Shown here: in pieces, positions 7,266 through 16,469 of the stretch | Layout: each line of letters begins with the position of its first letter | Numbering within the stretch: position 1 is the first letter of the stretch | Virus record (IMG/VR): IMGVR_UViG_3300021964_000177 | Coordinates: 1 to 39,312 of that record | Length of the DNA: 39,312 nucleotides | Direction: 5' to 3' (one strand) | From: a virus | Lineage: Duplodnaviria > Caudoviricetes | Program-made: the position numbers and the translations under genes | The notes under the pieces: model-generated | What the model was told of the DNA's origin: nothing | What the model saw: only the letters and a program-made list of their open reading frames with translations | Database searches by the model: none

Positions 7266-7475
7266 ATGGGTAAAATGAAAGCATTAGCGATGGACATGGA
7301 AGACAACTTCATCGATGAAGTATCTGCTCGTATCGGAGGATGTGAAGATGTCCAACAATTGGTTGATGATCTTCTTGAAAGTGGTTGTTTCAAGCTCATT
7401 TCTCACATGAATATTTGGGAACAAAAAGAATTTGTTGATGAGCTTTGGGGTGAATTTTGGAGTAGCTACAAGTGA
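7266..7475 (+). CDS. Small acidic early protein, hypothetical
   Basis: GAGGAG SD, first gene after an early promoter. Confidence 0.8.
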   Translation: MGKMKALAMDMEDNFIDEVSARIGGCEDVQQLVDDLLESGCFKLISHMNIWEQKEFVDELWGEFWSSYK

Positions 7476-7684
7476 GGACATTTCCATCTGAAATCATCAA
7501 CACAAAAGGTCACCACCTAACGGGTGTACAATGGCCCGTAGTTGGTTCGAAAGGCGATGTCTATCGTGTGGAGATGTCTGATTATGGTTTCTCTTGTGAC
7601 TGTATTGCTTTTGTTAAATGCAAACATATCAAAGAAATTGAAAAAAAATTCAAAAAAAGTGCATTTTATGGTTTACAAAGCTAG
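7472..7684 (+). CDS. SWIM zinc-finger protein
   Basis: GSKGDVYRV...FSCDC....KCKH (CxC-xn-CxH). Confidence 0.75.
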   Translation: MRTFPSEIINTKGHHLTGVQWPVVGSKGDVYRVEMSDYGFSCDCIAFVKCKHIKEIEKKFKKSAFYGLQS

Positions 7685-7700
7685 AAAACTATGGTATAAT
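7671..7700 (+). promoter_or_regulatory. T4-like early promoter
   Basis: GTTTACA, 17-bp spacer, TGG-TATAAT; A-tracts upstream. Confidence 0.85.
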
Positions 7701-7726
7701 ATTCTAGTAAAATGAAAAAGGAGCTA

Positions 7727-7882
7727 ATGATGATTAAATTTATAATTACAGTTACGATGGAAAACGGCGATAAGTGGGAAACTACTCGTCATACTCGCGA
7801 TGGACTTCGCGAAGTTATCCGCAATATCTGGAAAGATTCTGCAGCTATTAGTTTTTCTGTTGAGGAGAAGCAATATGCTTAA
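7727..7882 (+). CDS. Small early protein (51 aa), hypothetical
   Basis: My translation MMIKFIITVTMENGDKWETTRHTRDGLREVIRNIWKDSAAISFSVEEKQYA; AAGGAG SD. Confidence 0.7.
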   Translation: MMIKFIITVTMENGDKWETTRHTRDGLREVIRNIWKDSAAISFSVEEKQYA

Positions 7883-7961
7883 AGAACTTGTAAAAATCAT
7901 TGCTGGTTCCGTTGCAGTCAGCGTTGTTATGGTTGCAACCTTTTTGATGTTAATTTGGTAG
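7875..7961 (+). CDS. 28-aa single-TM peptide
   Basis: MLKELVKIIAGSVAVSVVMVATFLMLIW; GAGGAG SD; fills the gap between neighbouring genes. Confidence 0.6.
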   Translation: MLKELVKIIAGSVAVSVVMVATFLMLIW

Positions 7962-7970
7962 AGGTATATT

Positions 7971-8246
7971 ATGTTGAACAAATCTGAAATGTCTAAAGTC
8001 CAAGCTTTTTTCGTAGAAGCTTCTGTTGAACAAATGAGTGAAATTGCTCAAATGTTTAATGATGCACGTAATTTAAAAGTTGCTCGTGCTGCTAGGTCCT
8101 TTACTGTAGGACAAAGCGTTAAATGGAATGGTAAGCGTGGCTCAATGAGTGGTACGGTTATCAAAGTTCTTAAAAAGAACGTTCGTGTAAAAACCAAAGC
8201 AGATGGCGTATGGAATGTCACTGCATCACTATTGAAAGCTGCTTAA
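7971..8246 (+). CDS. Hypothetical early protein (SH3/KOW-like C-terminal half)
   Basis: FTVGQSVKW...GTVIKV..KNVRV; GAGGT SD. Confidence 0.75.
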   Translation: MLNKSEMSKVQAFFVEASVEQMSEIAQMFNDARNLKVARAARSFTVGQSVKWNGKRGSMSGTVIKVLKKNVRVKTKADGVWNVTASLLKAA

Positions 8247-8257
8247 GGAGATATATT

Positions 8258-9214
8258 ATGGCACATCAAGTTGAAACAATGGCATATGCAGGTGAAGTTC
8301 CGTGGCACGGTCTCGGAGTTCCTGTATCAAATGATCTGACTCCAGCTCAGATGATGGATAAAGCTGGTCTTGATTGGAATGTTCGTGAAGTCGAATCATT
8401 CATCGAGTTTGACGGTAAGCGTATGCCTACTGGTTTGAAATCTCTGGTTCGTGAAACTGACGGTCGTATTTTGACTAACGTTGGTGAGAACTGGAATCCA
8501 GTTCAGAATGAAACTGCATTTGAGTTTTTCTCTGAATATGTTATGGCAGGTGACATGGAAATGCATACTGCTGGTTCATTGAAAGATGGACAAATGGTTT
8601 GGGCATTGGCGAAAGTCAAAGACTCGTTCGAACTTTTCGGTGGTGATACTGTTGAGTCGTATCTCCTCTTTTCAAATCCGCATCAATATGGTAAGTCAAT
8701 TGATGTTCGCTTCACTCCAATCCGTGTCGTATGTAACAACACATTGACACTTTCTCTTGAGTCTAAGTCTGAACGTTCGGTGAAAATTGGTCACCGCGTT
8801 GAGTTTGACCCAACCGAAGTGAAGGAAGCTCTTGGTATTGCTACCGAAAAGCTCAACACATATAAGGAAATGGCACAGTTCTTGGGTAACAAGCGCTACA
8901 ATAAAGACAATGTAATCGAGTTCTTTAACACGGTGTTTCCACGTACTGCTGATAAAAAGGTACAAGGTAAAGCATTGTCACTTGATACTTTGTCTCGTAA
9001 TGCTAAGCTTTCTTATGACGCTCTTGAACAACAGCCCGGTGCTGAGTTCGCCGAGGGTTCATGGTGGCAGGCATTTAATGCTGTGACTTATATTACTGAC
9101 CACGTACAAGGTCGTAACGAAGACAATCGTCTTTATTCATCATGGTTTGGTGGTAATCAGGTTCGCAAACGCGATGCATTGAAAACTGCTATTGAATTTG
9201 CGGAGGCTGCATAA
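8258..9214 (+). CDS. DUF932-family (phage/plasmid-like, TIGR03299-type) protein
   Basis: MAHQVETMAY.GEVPWHGLG...AGLDW...PVQNE.AF.F...TAGSL..G..VW...TPIRVVCNNTL; AAGGAG SD before ATG 8258. Confidence 0.88.
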   Translation: MAHQVETMAYAGEVPWHGLGVPVSNDLTPAQMMDKAGLDWNVREVESFIEFDGKRMPTGLKSLVRETDGRILTNVGENWNPVQNETAFEFFSEYVMAGDMEMHTAGSLKDGQMVWALAKVKDSFELFGGDTVESYLLFSNPHQYGKSIDVRFTPIRVVCNNTLTLSLESKSERSVKIGHRVEFDPTEVKEALGIATEKLNTYKEMAQFLGNKRYNKDNVIEFFNTVFPRTADKKVQGKALSLDTLSRNAKLSYDALEQQPGAEFAEGSWWQAFNAVTYITDHVQGRNEDNRLYSSWFGGNQVRKRDALKTAIEFAEAA

Positions 9215-9306
9215 TGTTACCTAATCCACACTATATCAATATGCTGATTAATCTCAGCATATTGGGTACTTTAATTTATGTTGCAGTAAAGGTGTCCAAT
9301 GTATAA
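9214..9306 (+). CDS. 30-aa hydrophobic peptide
   Basis: MLPNPHYINMLINLSILGTLIYVAVKVSNV; TAATG overlap with the upstream stop and a GGAGG SD. Confidence 0.55.
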   Translation: MLPNPHYINMLINLSILGTLIYVAVKVSNV

Positions 9307-9514
9307 CGTACAACGAAGTGTATCACGAGATGTCAAGGCTATGTCAAAAGGAATTGACTATGTCAATGCTGAAATTGCATTACTCGACACAAATGTAAAA
9401 CTTAATAAAGCTGAACGTAAACGACTTGAAAGATTGCGTTCAGTCAAAGTCCAGCTGGTCGATCAACCAGAAGACTGCGAAAAATTAGTGAAACAATATA
9501 AGGAAATGAAATGA
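9299..9514 (+). CDS. Hypothetical protein
   Basis: 71 aa, AAGGT SD, fits the tiling. Confidence 0.7.
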   Translation: MYNVQRSVSRDVKAMSKGIDYVNAEIALLDTNVKLNKAERKRLERLRSVKVQLVDQPEDCEKLVKQYKEMK

Positions 9515-9675
9515 AGGCTCATAACATCAATATGATTTCTGCTTGGGCTAAGAGTTGGGGAATCAAAGGATACGAACATTTAGATCCTCAGGTCCGAGAA
9601 AAACAAAGGCAAAAAAGTCTTCAAAGGCATAATGAAAGAATAAGGAAAGAACAACAAGAAAAGCGCCCAAACTAG
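9511..9675 (+). CDS. Small basic hypothetical protein (54 aa)
   Basis: My translation MKAHNINMISAWAKSWGIKGYEHLDPQVREKQRQKSLQRHNERIRKEQQEKRPN; ATGA overlap and AAGGA SD. Confidence 0.65.
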   Translation: MKAHNINMISAWAKSWGIKGYEHLDPQVREKQRQKSLQRHNERIRKEQQEKRPN

Positions 9676-9686
9676 GCGCTTTTTTT
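9661..9686 (+). terminator. Rho-independent terminator ending the early cluster
   Basis: AAGCGCC-CAAACTA-GGCGCTT followed by a T-run. Confidence 0.85.
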
Positions 9687-9688
9687 AT

Positions 9689-9696
9689 TATAAATA
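9689..9696 (+). promoter_or_regulatory. T4-type late promoter
   Basis: TATAAATA right after the terminator, upstream of 9721. Confidence 0.8.
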
Positions 9697-9720
9697 GCTC
9701 TAAATAAACTGGAGTCATGA

Positions 9721-11112
9721 ATGTTGAGATTCAGAAAATATTTAGAGGAAAAGGCTATGAACTTTCGTCCAATGCCGGCAAAGGAGTGGGAAAAAGTTAA
9801 CTCACAAACTGGAGAAGCTCGTCTTGATATTTTACGTAAATTAATAAAGTCTGGCGAAGCACTGCCAACAGTTGACGGAACCGAAGTTATCATCAAAAAT
9901 ACTCCAGAAAATATTGAAGCAGTTAAAAAGCTTGAGGGTGAAGGCAAAGCAGTTAAACTTCAAACGAATAGAGGTGAAATTTTATCGGGTAAAATTGGTA
10001 AATCTCCAGTGTTTGGTGGAGCATCCTCGGGTTCAGGCGGTGGTACTAAACAAACGGCTGATGCGGAAAGTCTTCAATGTGTTTATTGTGAGCTCATAGC
10101 AAATAGTCCAAATACAGATTTCGAAACGATTCAGCCAACAGATTTGAAAAAAGCATTGGCTAAAACTTCTGTGGGTGGAGCATCATTCAGTGACATGATG
10201 AAACTCGATGCATCATGGCACTATTCAGCATATTGGACTGCTAAAGAATTAATGCGTAAAAAATATATTAATAATAAAATGACATTCCATCGTGGTGATA
10301 ATGTTATGCTAGCCATTTACAAAGCAAAAAATAAAGCTTTGGAAAACTCTGGTATGTCAAAACTAAGTGATGATAAATGGAATCCGGGAGATATATGGGC
10401 TATGACAAGTCCATCGGTTGTTAATAATCTGCCGACAGGTTCTATACAAGAATTAAACACTGCGCTAGTCAAACTCTTTAAAGAGAAAAAACTTGTTGGA
10501 ATCTCTTTAAAGAAAGTCCTTGCTCAAAATAAAATTAAATGCGTAGTTATGAACGAGAAACCAAGTGCCGATGTTCATAAGTTTGTTAGTGGCAAGATGA
10601 TGGCCACCTTTGCACGTAAAGCTTCTGAGTTTTGGAGAAGTAAATCTGGCGTGATTGAATTTGACGATGGCAAAGCCGACATTCGTACTTCGGCTGCATT
10701 TGCAAGTATTAATTTCGAAATCACACTAAAAACAGCACGTGGTGGTAGAGCTGGTTGGGACCAAATTAATCAGTCTTTGAAAAAGAGAATTGGTAAAAAC
10801 GTTCCTGATAATAAGCAATTAGGAACAATTGCTAGAGACTTAAATGCAAAAGGTGAAAAATCTCGTTATGCAAAAGTATTCTATAACATGGTCAAGAAAG
10901 TTCATCCATCAGTATCTGAAAAAGAATTTATGGAAGGGTTGACTACAAAACGCGCAGATGAAGTGCATAGTAAAATTGGTGCAGCATATGTTTTAAGTGC
11001 TCTTTATGACAATAAAGCAAATGGCAAAGCTGACTTAGTCATTACTGATCTTGTGAATTATGCTGGATCGAAACTCGACATCTCTTCAATATACGCGAAG
11101 GTTTATCAATAA
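9721..11112 (+). CDS. Putative virion-packaged PD-(D/E)xK-like nuclease
   Basis: N-terminus MLRFRKYLEE resembles a T4 capsid-targeting sequence. TADAES...DKWNPGDIW...LVGISLKK resembles a restriction-endonuclease-like E..PD..SxK core. Confidence 0.55.
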   Translation: MLRFRKYLEEKAMNFRPMPAKEWEKVNSQTGEARLDILRKLIKSGEALPTVDGTEVIIKNTPENIEAVKKLEGEGKAVKLQTNRGEILSGKIGKSPVFGGASSGSGGGTKQTADAESLQCVYCELIANSPNTDFETIQPTDLKKALAKTSVGGASFSDMMKLDASWHYSAYWTAKELMRKKYINNKMTFHRGDNVMLAIYKAKNKALENSGMSKLSDDKWNPGDIWAMTSPSVVNNLPTGSIQELNTALVKLFKEKKLVGISLKKVLAQNKIKCVVMNEKPSADVHKFVSGKMMATFARKASEFWRSKSGVIEFDDGKADIRTSAAFASINFEITLKTARGGRAGWDQINQSLKKRIGKNVPDNKQLGTIARDLNAKGEKSRYAKVFYNMVKKVHPSVSEKEFMEGLTTKRADEVHSKIGAAYVLSALYDNKANGKADLVITDLVNYAGSKLDISSIYAKVYQ

Positions 11113-11867
11113 TGGCACAATTCACTGGATCAAAATACATTGAAGATGATTATCTGAATATTGCTCGAGGGCAAGTCAAAGGCGCATCGCATGTACATAA
11201 ATTCGGTGCAGTACCAGCATTAAGTATTAACACAACCGGAACTATTTGGGATATTAGTGATACACTATATCCTTGGTCCGCACTGGATACACCAGCAATA
11301 GTAAACATTGAAAGAAATAATGCTTCTGATGAAGGTAAAACAGTCATTGTTCAGGGATTAGATGGAGATTATAACTTCGTCGAAGATAGTATTACGATAT
11401 CTGGCACTGACACTCTAGGCACAGTTTTGTTTAAAAGAGTTAATCGAGCTTATGTGATAAATGATGGATCTAATAATGTAGGAATTATTGATATTGAAGC
11501 GGGTGCAGCGGGTGGAACAACGGTTGCGAGAATCAATGTAGGAAAAGGCCAGACTCTCATGTCTGTTTACACTGTACCTGCTGGAAAAAATGCTTATCTT
11601 ATTCAAGGTACTGCGACATGTCAAGATGGTGCTGATGCAACTGGTGACATGTTTGTTCGATATTTTGGTGAAACTACTTTTCGAGTCGGACATTCTTTTG
11701 AAGTGAGTGGAGACGGTGGTCAGTATTTTTACAGGTTTGGTGTTCCACTTAAGATACCACAAAAATCTGATATTGATGTTAGAGCATTTGTGAGAAGTAA
11801 TAATGCTCGTCTGACTGCAGCATATGATATTGTTTTAATGGATGTAGAAGTAGATAAGGGTAGATGA
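11112..11867 (+). CDS. Beta-rich hypothetical (probably structural) protein
   Basis: 251 aa, Gly/Val/Thr-rich, in a late operon, translationally coupled. Confidence 0.75.
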   Translation: MAQFTGSKYIEDDYLNIARGQVKGASHVHKFGAVPALSINTTGTIWDISDTLYPWSALDTPAIVNIERNNASDEGKTVIVQGLDGDYNFVEDSITISGTDTLGTVLFKRVNRAYVINDGSNNVGIIDIEAGAAGGTTVARINVGKGQTLMSVYTVPAGKNAYLIQGTATCQDGADATGDMFVRYFGETTFRVGHSFEVSGDGGQYFYRFGVPLKIPQKSDIDVRAFVRSNNARLTAAYDIVLMDVEVDKGR

Positions 11868-13096
11868 TGAACACGTTTAGCTCATTTATAACTGAAAACA
11901 AAAATACTCATATGACTCATATTGAGGACAAGGTTCTCTATGGTGGTGTAAAAGGAACAAGAGAGGCGATCTTAGCTCTTCGTTCTTTGAGAGACATGTT
12001 AGGAGGATCGCATGATAGTAACGTATCTGTTAAGTGGGACGGTGCTCCTGCTATATTTGCTGGCACTGATCCTCGTGATGGTAGATTCTTCGTGGCGAAA
12101 AAAGGGATCTTTAACAAGTCTCCCAAAGTATACAAGAGTGATGCTGACGTTGACGCTGATACTAGTGGCGACCTTGCTGACAAGCTTAAACTCGCTTTAC
12201 AATATCTACCTGCACTTGGGATAAAGGGAGTAATACAGGGTGATTTCTTATATGGTCCGGGCGACGTTAAAAAGTCTAAAATCAAAGGGAAAAGCTATAT
12301 TACATTCCACCCCAATACAATCATATATGCAATACCGGCTGGCACGGACATGGCCCGGAAAATATCGTCAGCAAAAATTGGAATCGTTTGGCATACGACA
12401 TACACAGGAAAATCATTTGAAACAATGAAAGCTTCTTATGGAGTTGATGTAAGTAAGCTCAAAGATTCAAAGAATGTCTGGTCTCAAGATGCTATGCTTC
12501 GTGACATGACAAAATATACTATGTCAAAAAAAGATACAGAGGAAGTAAATGAACTCTTGAAGAAGGCTGGCTTTCTTTTCAATCGAATTGCTGGTTCAAC
12601 TTTACGCCAACTCGAGAATGATCAGCAACTTGCACAATTGATTGAAACTCATGGTAATAGATATGTTAGAGCTGGACAACTTCCACCAGATCCAAAGAAA
12701 AGAGTCGATGCATTGATCAAATTTATCGAAGATAAGTACGCAAAAGAAATAGCTAAGCGTACATCTGAAAAAGGTAAAACAGCACAGCAAAAAAAGCTAG
12801 ATAGCGTTTTGTCATTCTTTAGTCAAAAAAATAAAGCATCTTTAGTTCAAATGTTTGAATTACAAAAAGTTATCGTTCTTGCAAAATTAAAACTTATAAA
12901 TACTTTAAATAAATTAAATAATGTGTCAACGTTTTTAAAAACAAAGAAAGGATATCGTGTAACAGGCCAAGAAGGTTATGTTGCAATCGATAAACTTGGT
13001 GGTGATGCAGTGAAAATTGTTGATCGTATGGAATTTTCATACGCCAACTTTTCACCCGATATATTAAAGGGATGGGATAAACCAGGGAGAAAGTAA
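11864..13096 (+). CDS. Ligase-like nucleotidyltransferase (DUF6267-like)
   Basis: NTHMTHIED; motif I VKWDG, motif III IQGDFL, motif IV EGYV, motif V VKIVDR. N-terminus MMNTFSSFITE. Confidence 0.7.
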   Translation: MMNTFSSFITENKNTHMTHIEDKVLYGGVKGTREAILALRSLRDMLGGSHDSNVSVKWDGAPAIFAGTDPRDGRFFVAKKGIFNKSPKVYKSDADVDADTSGDLADKLKLALQYLPALGIKGVIQGDFLYGPGDVKKSKIKGKSYITFHPNTIIYAIPAGTDMARKISSAKIGIVWHTTYTGKSFETMKASYGVDVSKLKDSKNVWSQDAMLRDMTKYTMSKKDTEEVNELLKKAGFLFNRIAGSTLRQLENDQQLAQLIETHGNRYVRAGQLPPDPKKRVDALIKFIEDKYAKEIAKRTSEKGKTAQQKKLDSVLSFFSQKNKASLVQMFELQKVIVLAKLKLINTLNKLNNVSTFLKTKKGYRVTGQEGYVAIDKLGGDAVKIVDRMEFSYANFSPDILKGWDKPGRK

Positions 13097-13569
13097 TGGC
13101 AAAACCTCTGTCATTCGCAGATTTTATGGTAGTGGACTATCGTCCGGGCGAAGATGAACTAACTAAATACCGTGCACACAAGCGTCGACGTGGCCAAGGT
13201 GCAGGTACTGATGCTGAATACGCATCAACAAATCCTCCAGAAACTTCCGAAGAATTATCCATCCAAGGTAGACGTAAACTTGCACGTTCAATGAAACGTC
13301 GTAAGACTCGCTTGAAAATGGCTCGTAAAAGAGCACAGAAAAGACTTGCTACAAAGAAAGTGCTGACAAAAAGAGCACGTCGTGGAGCAAGATCAACCTT
13401 TGCTGATATGTTAGCTGGTAAAGGTATGAAGAAGAGTGATGTTTCAGTCGCAAAGAAGAAGCAGATTGAAAAGCGTCTGAAACAGGGTGGTTGGCAACAA
13501 CGCATTGCAATTCTACAACGTAGATTGATGCCTAAGAAACGTCGTCAGGAAATTCAAAGGAAGCGTTAA
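13096..13569 (+). CDS. Highly basic Lys/Arg-rich protein, probable internal head/DNA-binding protein
   Basis: Very dense K/R (RRKLARSMKRRKTRLKMARKR) after SEE. Confidence 0.7.
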   Translation: MAKPLSFADFMVVDYRPGEDELTKYRAHKRRRGQGAGTDAEYASTNPPETSEELSIQGRRKLARSMKRRKTRLKMARKRAQKRLATKKVLTKRARRGARSTFADMLAGKGMKKSDVSVAKKKQIEKRLKQGGWQQRIAILQRRLMPKKRRQEIQRKR

Positions 13570-14699
13570 TGATTAATTCTTTTAAGAATTATTTAGTTGA
13601 AGAAGAAAAAACGATTTATTTTACCTTTGGTAGAATGAATCCGCCTACTATTGGTCATGAGAAATTGATGAACGCTTTGTCTTCAAAGTCTGGTAAGAAC
13701 CCTTATCGCATCTATATTTCACAGTCACAAGATCCAAAGAAGAATCCTCTTCAATTCATGGATAAAGTCAAAGCAGCACGTAAGATGTTTCCACGCTATG
13801 CTCGTCAGATCATGGCAGATAAGAAACTCAAAAATGCTCTCGAAATTTCAAGTAAATTATACGATGAAGGCTATAAAAGAATTGTCATGGTCGTTGGTTC
13901 TGATCGAGTCAATGAGTTTGATGTTCTTTTGAATAAGTACAACGGTAAAAAAGGCAGACACGGATTCTATAACTTTGAGAGAATCAATGTTATGTCAGCT
14001 GGTGAACGAGATCCAGATGCTGAAGGTGCAACTGGAATGTCAGCCTCAAAGATGAGAAAAGCTGCAGGCGATAATGATTTTACATCGTTTTCTCAGGGCC
14101 TTCCGAAGAATGTTTCAAATTCTGATGCAAAGAATTTGTTTAATGCTGTCCGTAAAGGAATGGGATTAAAAGAAGAAAAAGAATTCAAGAATCATGTACA
14201 GCTCGAGCCAGTATCTGATATTAGAGAGTCTTATGTCGGTGGTGAACTATTTAATGAAGGTGATGAAGTCGTAATTAAAGAAAACGGCATTGTCGGTAAA
14301 ATTAAAGTACTTGGTGCTAACTATGTGATAGTCGAATCAAAGGGCGAGACTTGGAGAAAATGGTTAAACGCTGTTGAGAAAGTCGATCCTTCTGTTGATC
14401 TAACATACGATATTGCACCACACTCTCTTGCTAAACTTACAGAAGCAAAAGATGAGCGTAAAAAAGAATCACCTCAAGATCCAGATATTAAAGATCGGCC
14501 GGGTACTCAACCGAAAGCATACTATTCGGGTTTGAAGTCAAAGTCTACCAAAAAAGCTCGCGATAGACATTTCAAAAAATATTCAAAATATGACGATGAT
14601 AATCCTGCTGCATATAAAAAAGCACCGGGTGATGCGACTGCAAAAACAAAGCCGAGTAAGCACACGAAGAAATTTAAACAAATGTTCGGAGATGACTAA
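13569..14699 (+). CDS. HIGH-superfamily cytidylyltransferase-like nucleotidyltransferase with a basic C-terminal extension
   Basis: FTFGRMNPPTIGH (HIGH-like), VVGSDR, MSASKMR (KMSKS-like). N-terminus MINSFKNYLVEE. Confidence 0.85.
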   Translation: MINSFKNYLVEEEKTIYFTFGRMNPPTIGHEKLMNALSSKSGKNPYRIYISQSQDPKKNPLQFMDKVKAARKMFPRYARQIMADKKLKNALEISSKLYDEGYKRIVMVVGSDRVNEFDVLLNKYNGKKGRHGFYNFERINVMSAGERDPDAEGATGMSASKMRKAAGDNDFTSFSQGLPKNVSNSDAKNLFNAVRKGMGLKEEKEFKNHVQLEPVSDIRESYVGGELFNEGDEVVIKENGIVGKIKVLGANYVIVESKGETWRKWLNAVEKVDPSVDLTYDIAPHSLAKLTEAKDERKKESPQDPDIKDRPGTQPKAYYSGLKSKSTKKARDRHFKKYSKYDDDNPAAYKKAPGDATAKTKPSKHTKKFKQMFGDD

Positions 14700-15079
14700 T
14701 GGCTGATGATGGTGTACTCAGTAAAGTGCAACAGAAGATTCGTAACGATCGCTTGAAGATGATTGCTAAAAAGCACAATGATGCAAAAGAAAAGCAAGCA
14801 GATAACGATAGGAAAAAAGGTATGAGATTCAAAGAGCATGCAGAAATGATGGAAGATGCTACAGCTGGTTTAAAGAAAAAAGCAGAAAAGTCTGGCATGC
14901 CACTGAGTATTCTTCGTAAAGTATATAATCGCGGTGTAGCAGCATGGCGCACTGGTCACAGACCGGGAACGACTCCACAACAATGGGGTTTTGCTCGAGT
15001 CAACTCATTTGTAACAAAGTCCTCAGGTACATGGGGCAAAGCAGATAAAGATCTAGCAGCAAAAGTAAGAGGAAGCTAA
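14699..15079 (+). CDS. Basic hypothetical protein (DUF5824-like)
   Basis: LKKKAEKSG....LRKVYNRG.AAW.TGHRPG.TPQQWG.ARVNSF, a conserved viral motif; the family name is recalled, not searched. Confidence 0.65.
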   Translation: MADDGVLSKVQQKIRNDRLKMIAKKHNDAKEKQADNDRKKGMRFKEHAEMMEDATAGLKKKAEKSGMPLSILRKVYNRGVAAWRTGHRPGTTPQQWGFARVNSFVTKSSGTWGKADKDLAAKVRGS

Positions 15080-15080
15080 A

Positions 15081-16469
15081 ATGCCACTAAAAGTATCAGA
15101 TGGAATGAGTGCGTGGATTAAGGACTTTAAAAAGTCTGATGCTCCACAGTTTAAAGGTAAATCAGAGGAAGAACGTCGTGAGATGGCCATCGCTGCTTAT
15201 CTTGATGCAAAGCGAGGTCCTCAGAAAGAAGCTGCTGACGATGATACAGTGCGTATGATCAAAGCAAATCCTAGGATGAAAGCTAAAATCTTAAGAGGCC
15301 TTACGCCAAAGGCAAGACGTGAAATCGAAAAAGCTTTAAAAGAAGCTCGCGCTCCAAAGATGACATACGCTCTTGTCGGTTCAAGAGACATGAAAATCTA
15401 CTCAATTGGTAGTGATGAGAGAGACTTGAAGTTAGACAGGCGTTCTCTAGAAAAACGATTTAAGCAGCCTCTTAAGCTTGCTCGTCTCAAGACTGCACAA
15501 AGCATTGGTGACAAAGTTGATAAATCTCAAATCAAAGAGAATATCGAAGAAAACAAAGCTCGCCAGTCTGCAGACTTAGCGAAAGCAATGGCTGCGTTCA
15601 AAAAGCGTGGCGGTAAAGTTAAAAGGGTTGCTCCGGGTAAAGCTGCAGGTTATCACGGTAAAGATGATCCGGGTGCTGATGTACACGGTATGATGGATCG
15701 TCCTGATACAAAAAGAATGCCTCGTAAAAAGGTTAGATCATTACGTGCAGACGTTGAAGAAGGCATGATGAAAAACATGGCTATCGATCTTAAAGATTTG
15801 AATGCTGCTGAATTTCAAAAAAAATATAATATGTCTAAAGCTATAGCTCAAAGAAAGTTCGGCAAGCCAGAAGATGTTAAGCTAGATGAAGCAATGAGAG
15901 AGCCAAACATGCGCAGTGTACAGGCAGTAATGGCTCCGACTAAAAATGCTAAAGAAGGTGTTGCTGCTATCATGAAAGCTTTTAAAGTAGATGAAAAGAA
16001 AGCTATGAAGCTACTTGATGCTGCGATTAAAGATGCTCTTGGTGAAAGTATTGATGAAACTAATTTAAATGAGCTTTCAATCATGACTTTAAATCGTTAC
16101 TATAAAAAAGCACTGTCAGCTATTCATCAGTCTAAAAAATCTCACGATGCAAGTATAATGAGAGGAATGGATCCTTCTAAAGATAAAGCTACTATTAGTA
16201 AAAGAGCTAAAGGTGTAAATTTAGCTAAGTCAAGAGCTGTTAAAAAAATACGTGGTGAATCCGTCAACGAAGAAATGATGTTTAAAGTTTCTGTCGAAGG
16301 TTTACCACCAATGATTATGGTTGGTCGTTCTCCGGGTTCTATTAAAGGACAACTTCGCAAGATTGTGAAGCAGCCTTCAATGATTGCGGATGTCGAAAGA
16401 ATGACAAAAGCTGATGTACGAAAGCGTTATCGGGATATGGCAAAGGGAGATGGCGATGAGGAAGCTTAA
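15081..16469 (+). CDS. Modular K/A/M-rich protein, probable processed internal head protein
   Basis: 462 aa with many (I/L/V)-x-E sites: LKE, IKE/IEE, VEE, LDE, IDE, LNE, VNE. Confidence 0.7.
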   Translation: MPLKVSDGMSAWIKDFKKSDAPQFKGKSEEERREMAIAAYLDAKRGPQKEAADDDTVRMIKANPRMKAKILRGLTPKARREIEKALKEARAPKMTYALVGSRDMKIYSIGSDERDLKLDRRSLEKRFKQPLKLARLKTAQSIGDKVDKSQIKENIEENKARQSADLAKAMAAFKKRGGKVKRVAPGKAAGYHGKDDPGADVHGMMDRPDTKRMPRKKVRSLRADVEEGMMKNMAIDLKDLNAAEFQKKYNMSKAIAQRKFGKPEDVKLDEAMREPNMRSVQAVMAPTKNAKEGVAAIMKAFKVDEKKAMKLLDAAIKDALGESIDETNLNELSIMTLNRYYKKALSAIHQSKKSHDASIMRGMDPSKDKATISKRAKGVNLAKSRAVKKIRGESVNEEMMFKVSVEGLPPMIMVGRSPGSIKGQLRKIVKQPSMIADVERMTKADVRKRYRDMAKGDGDEEA

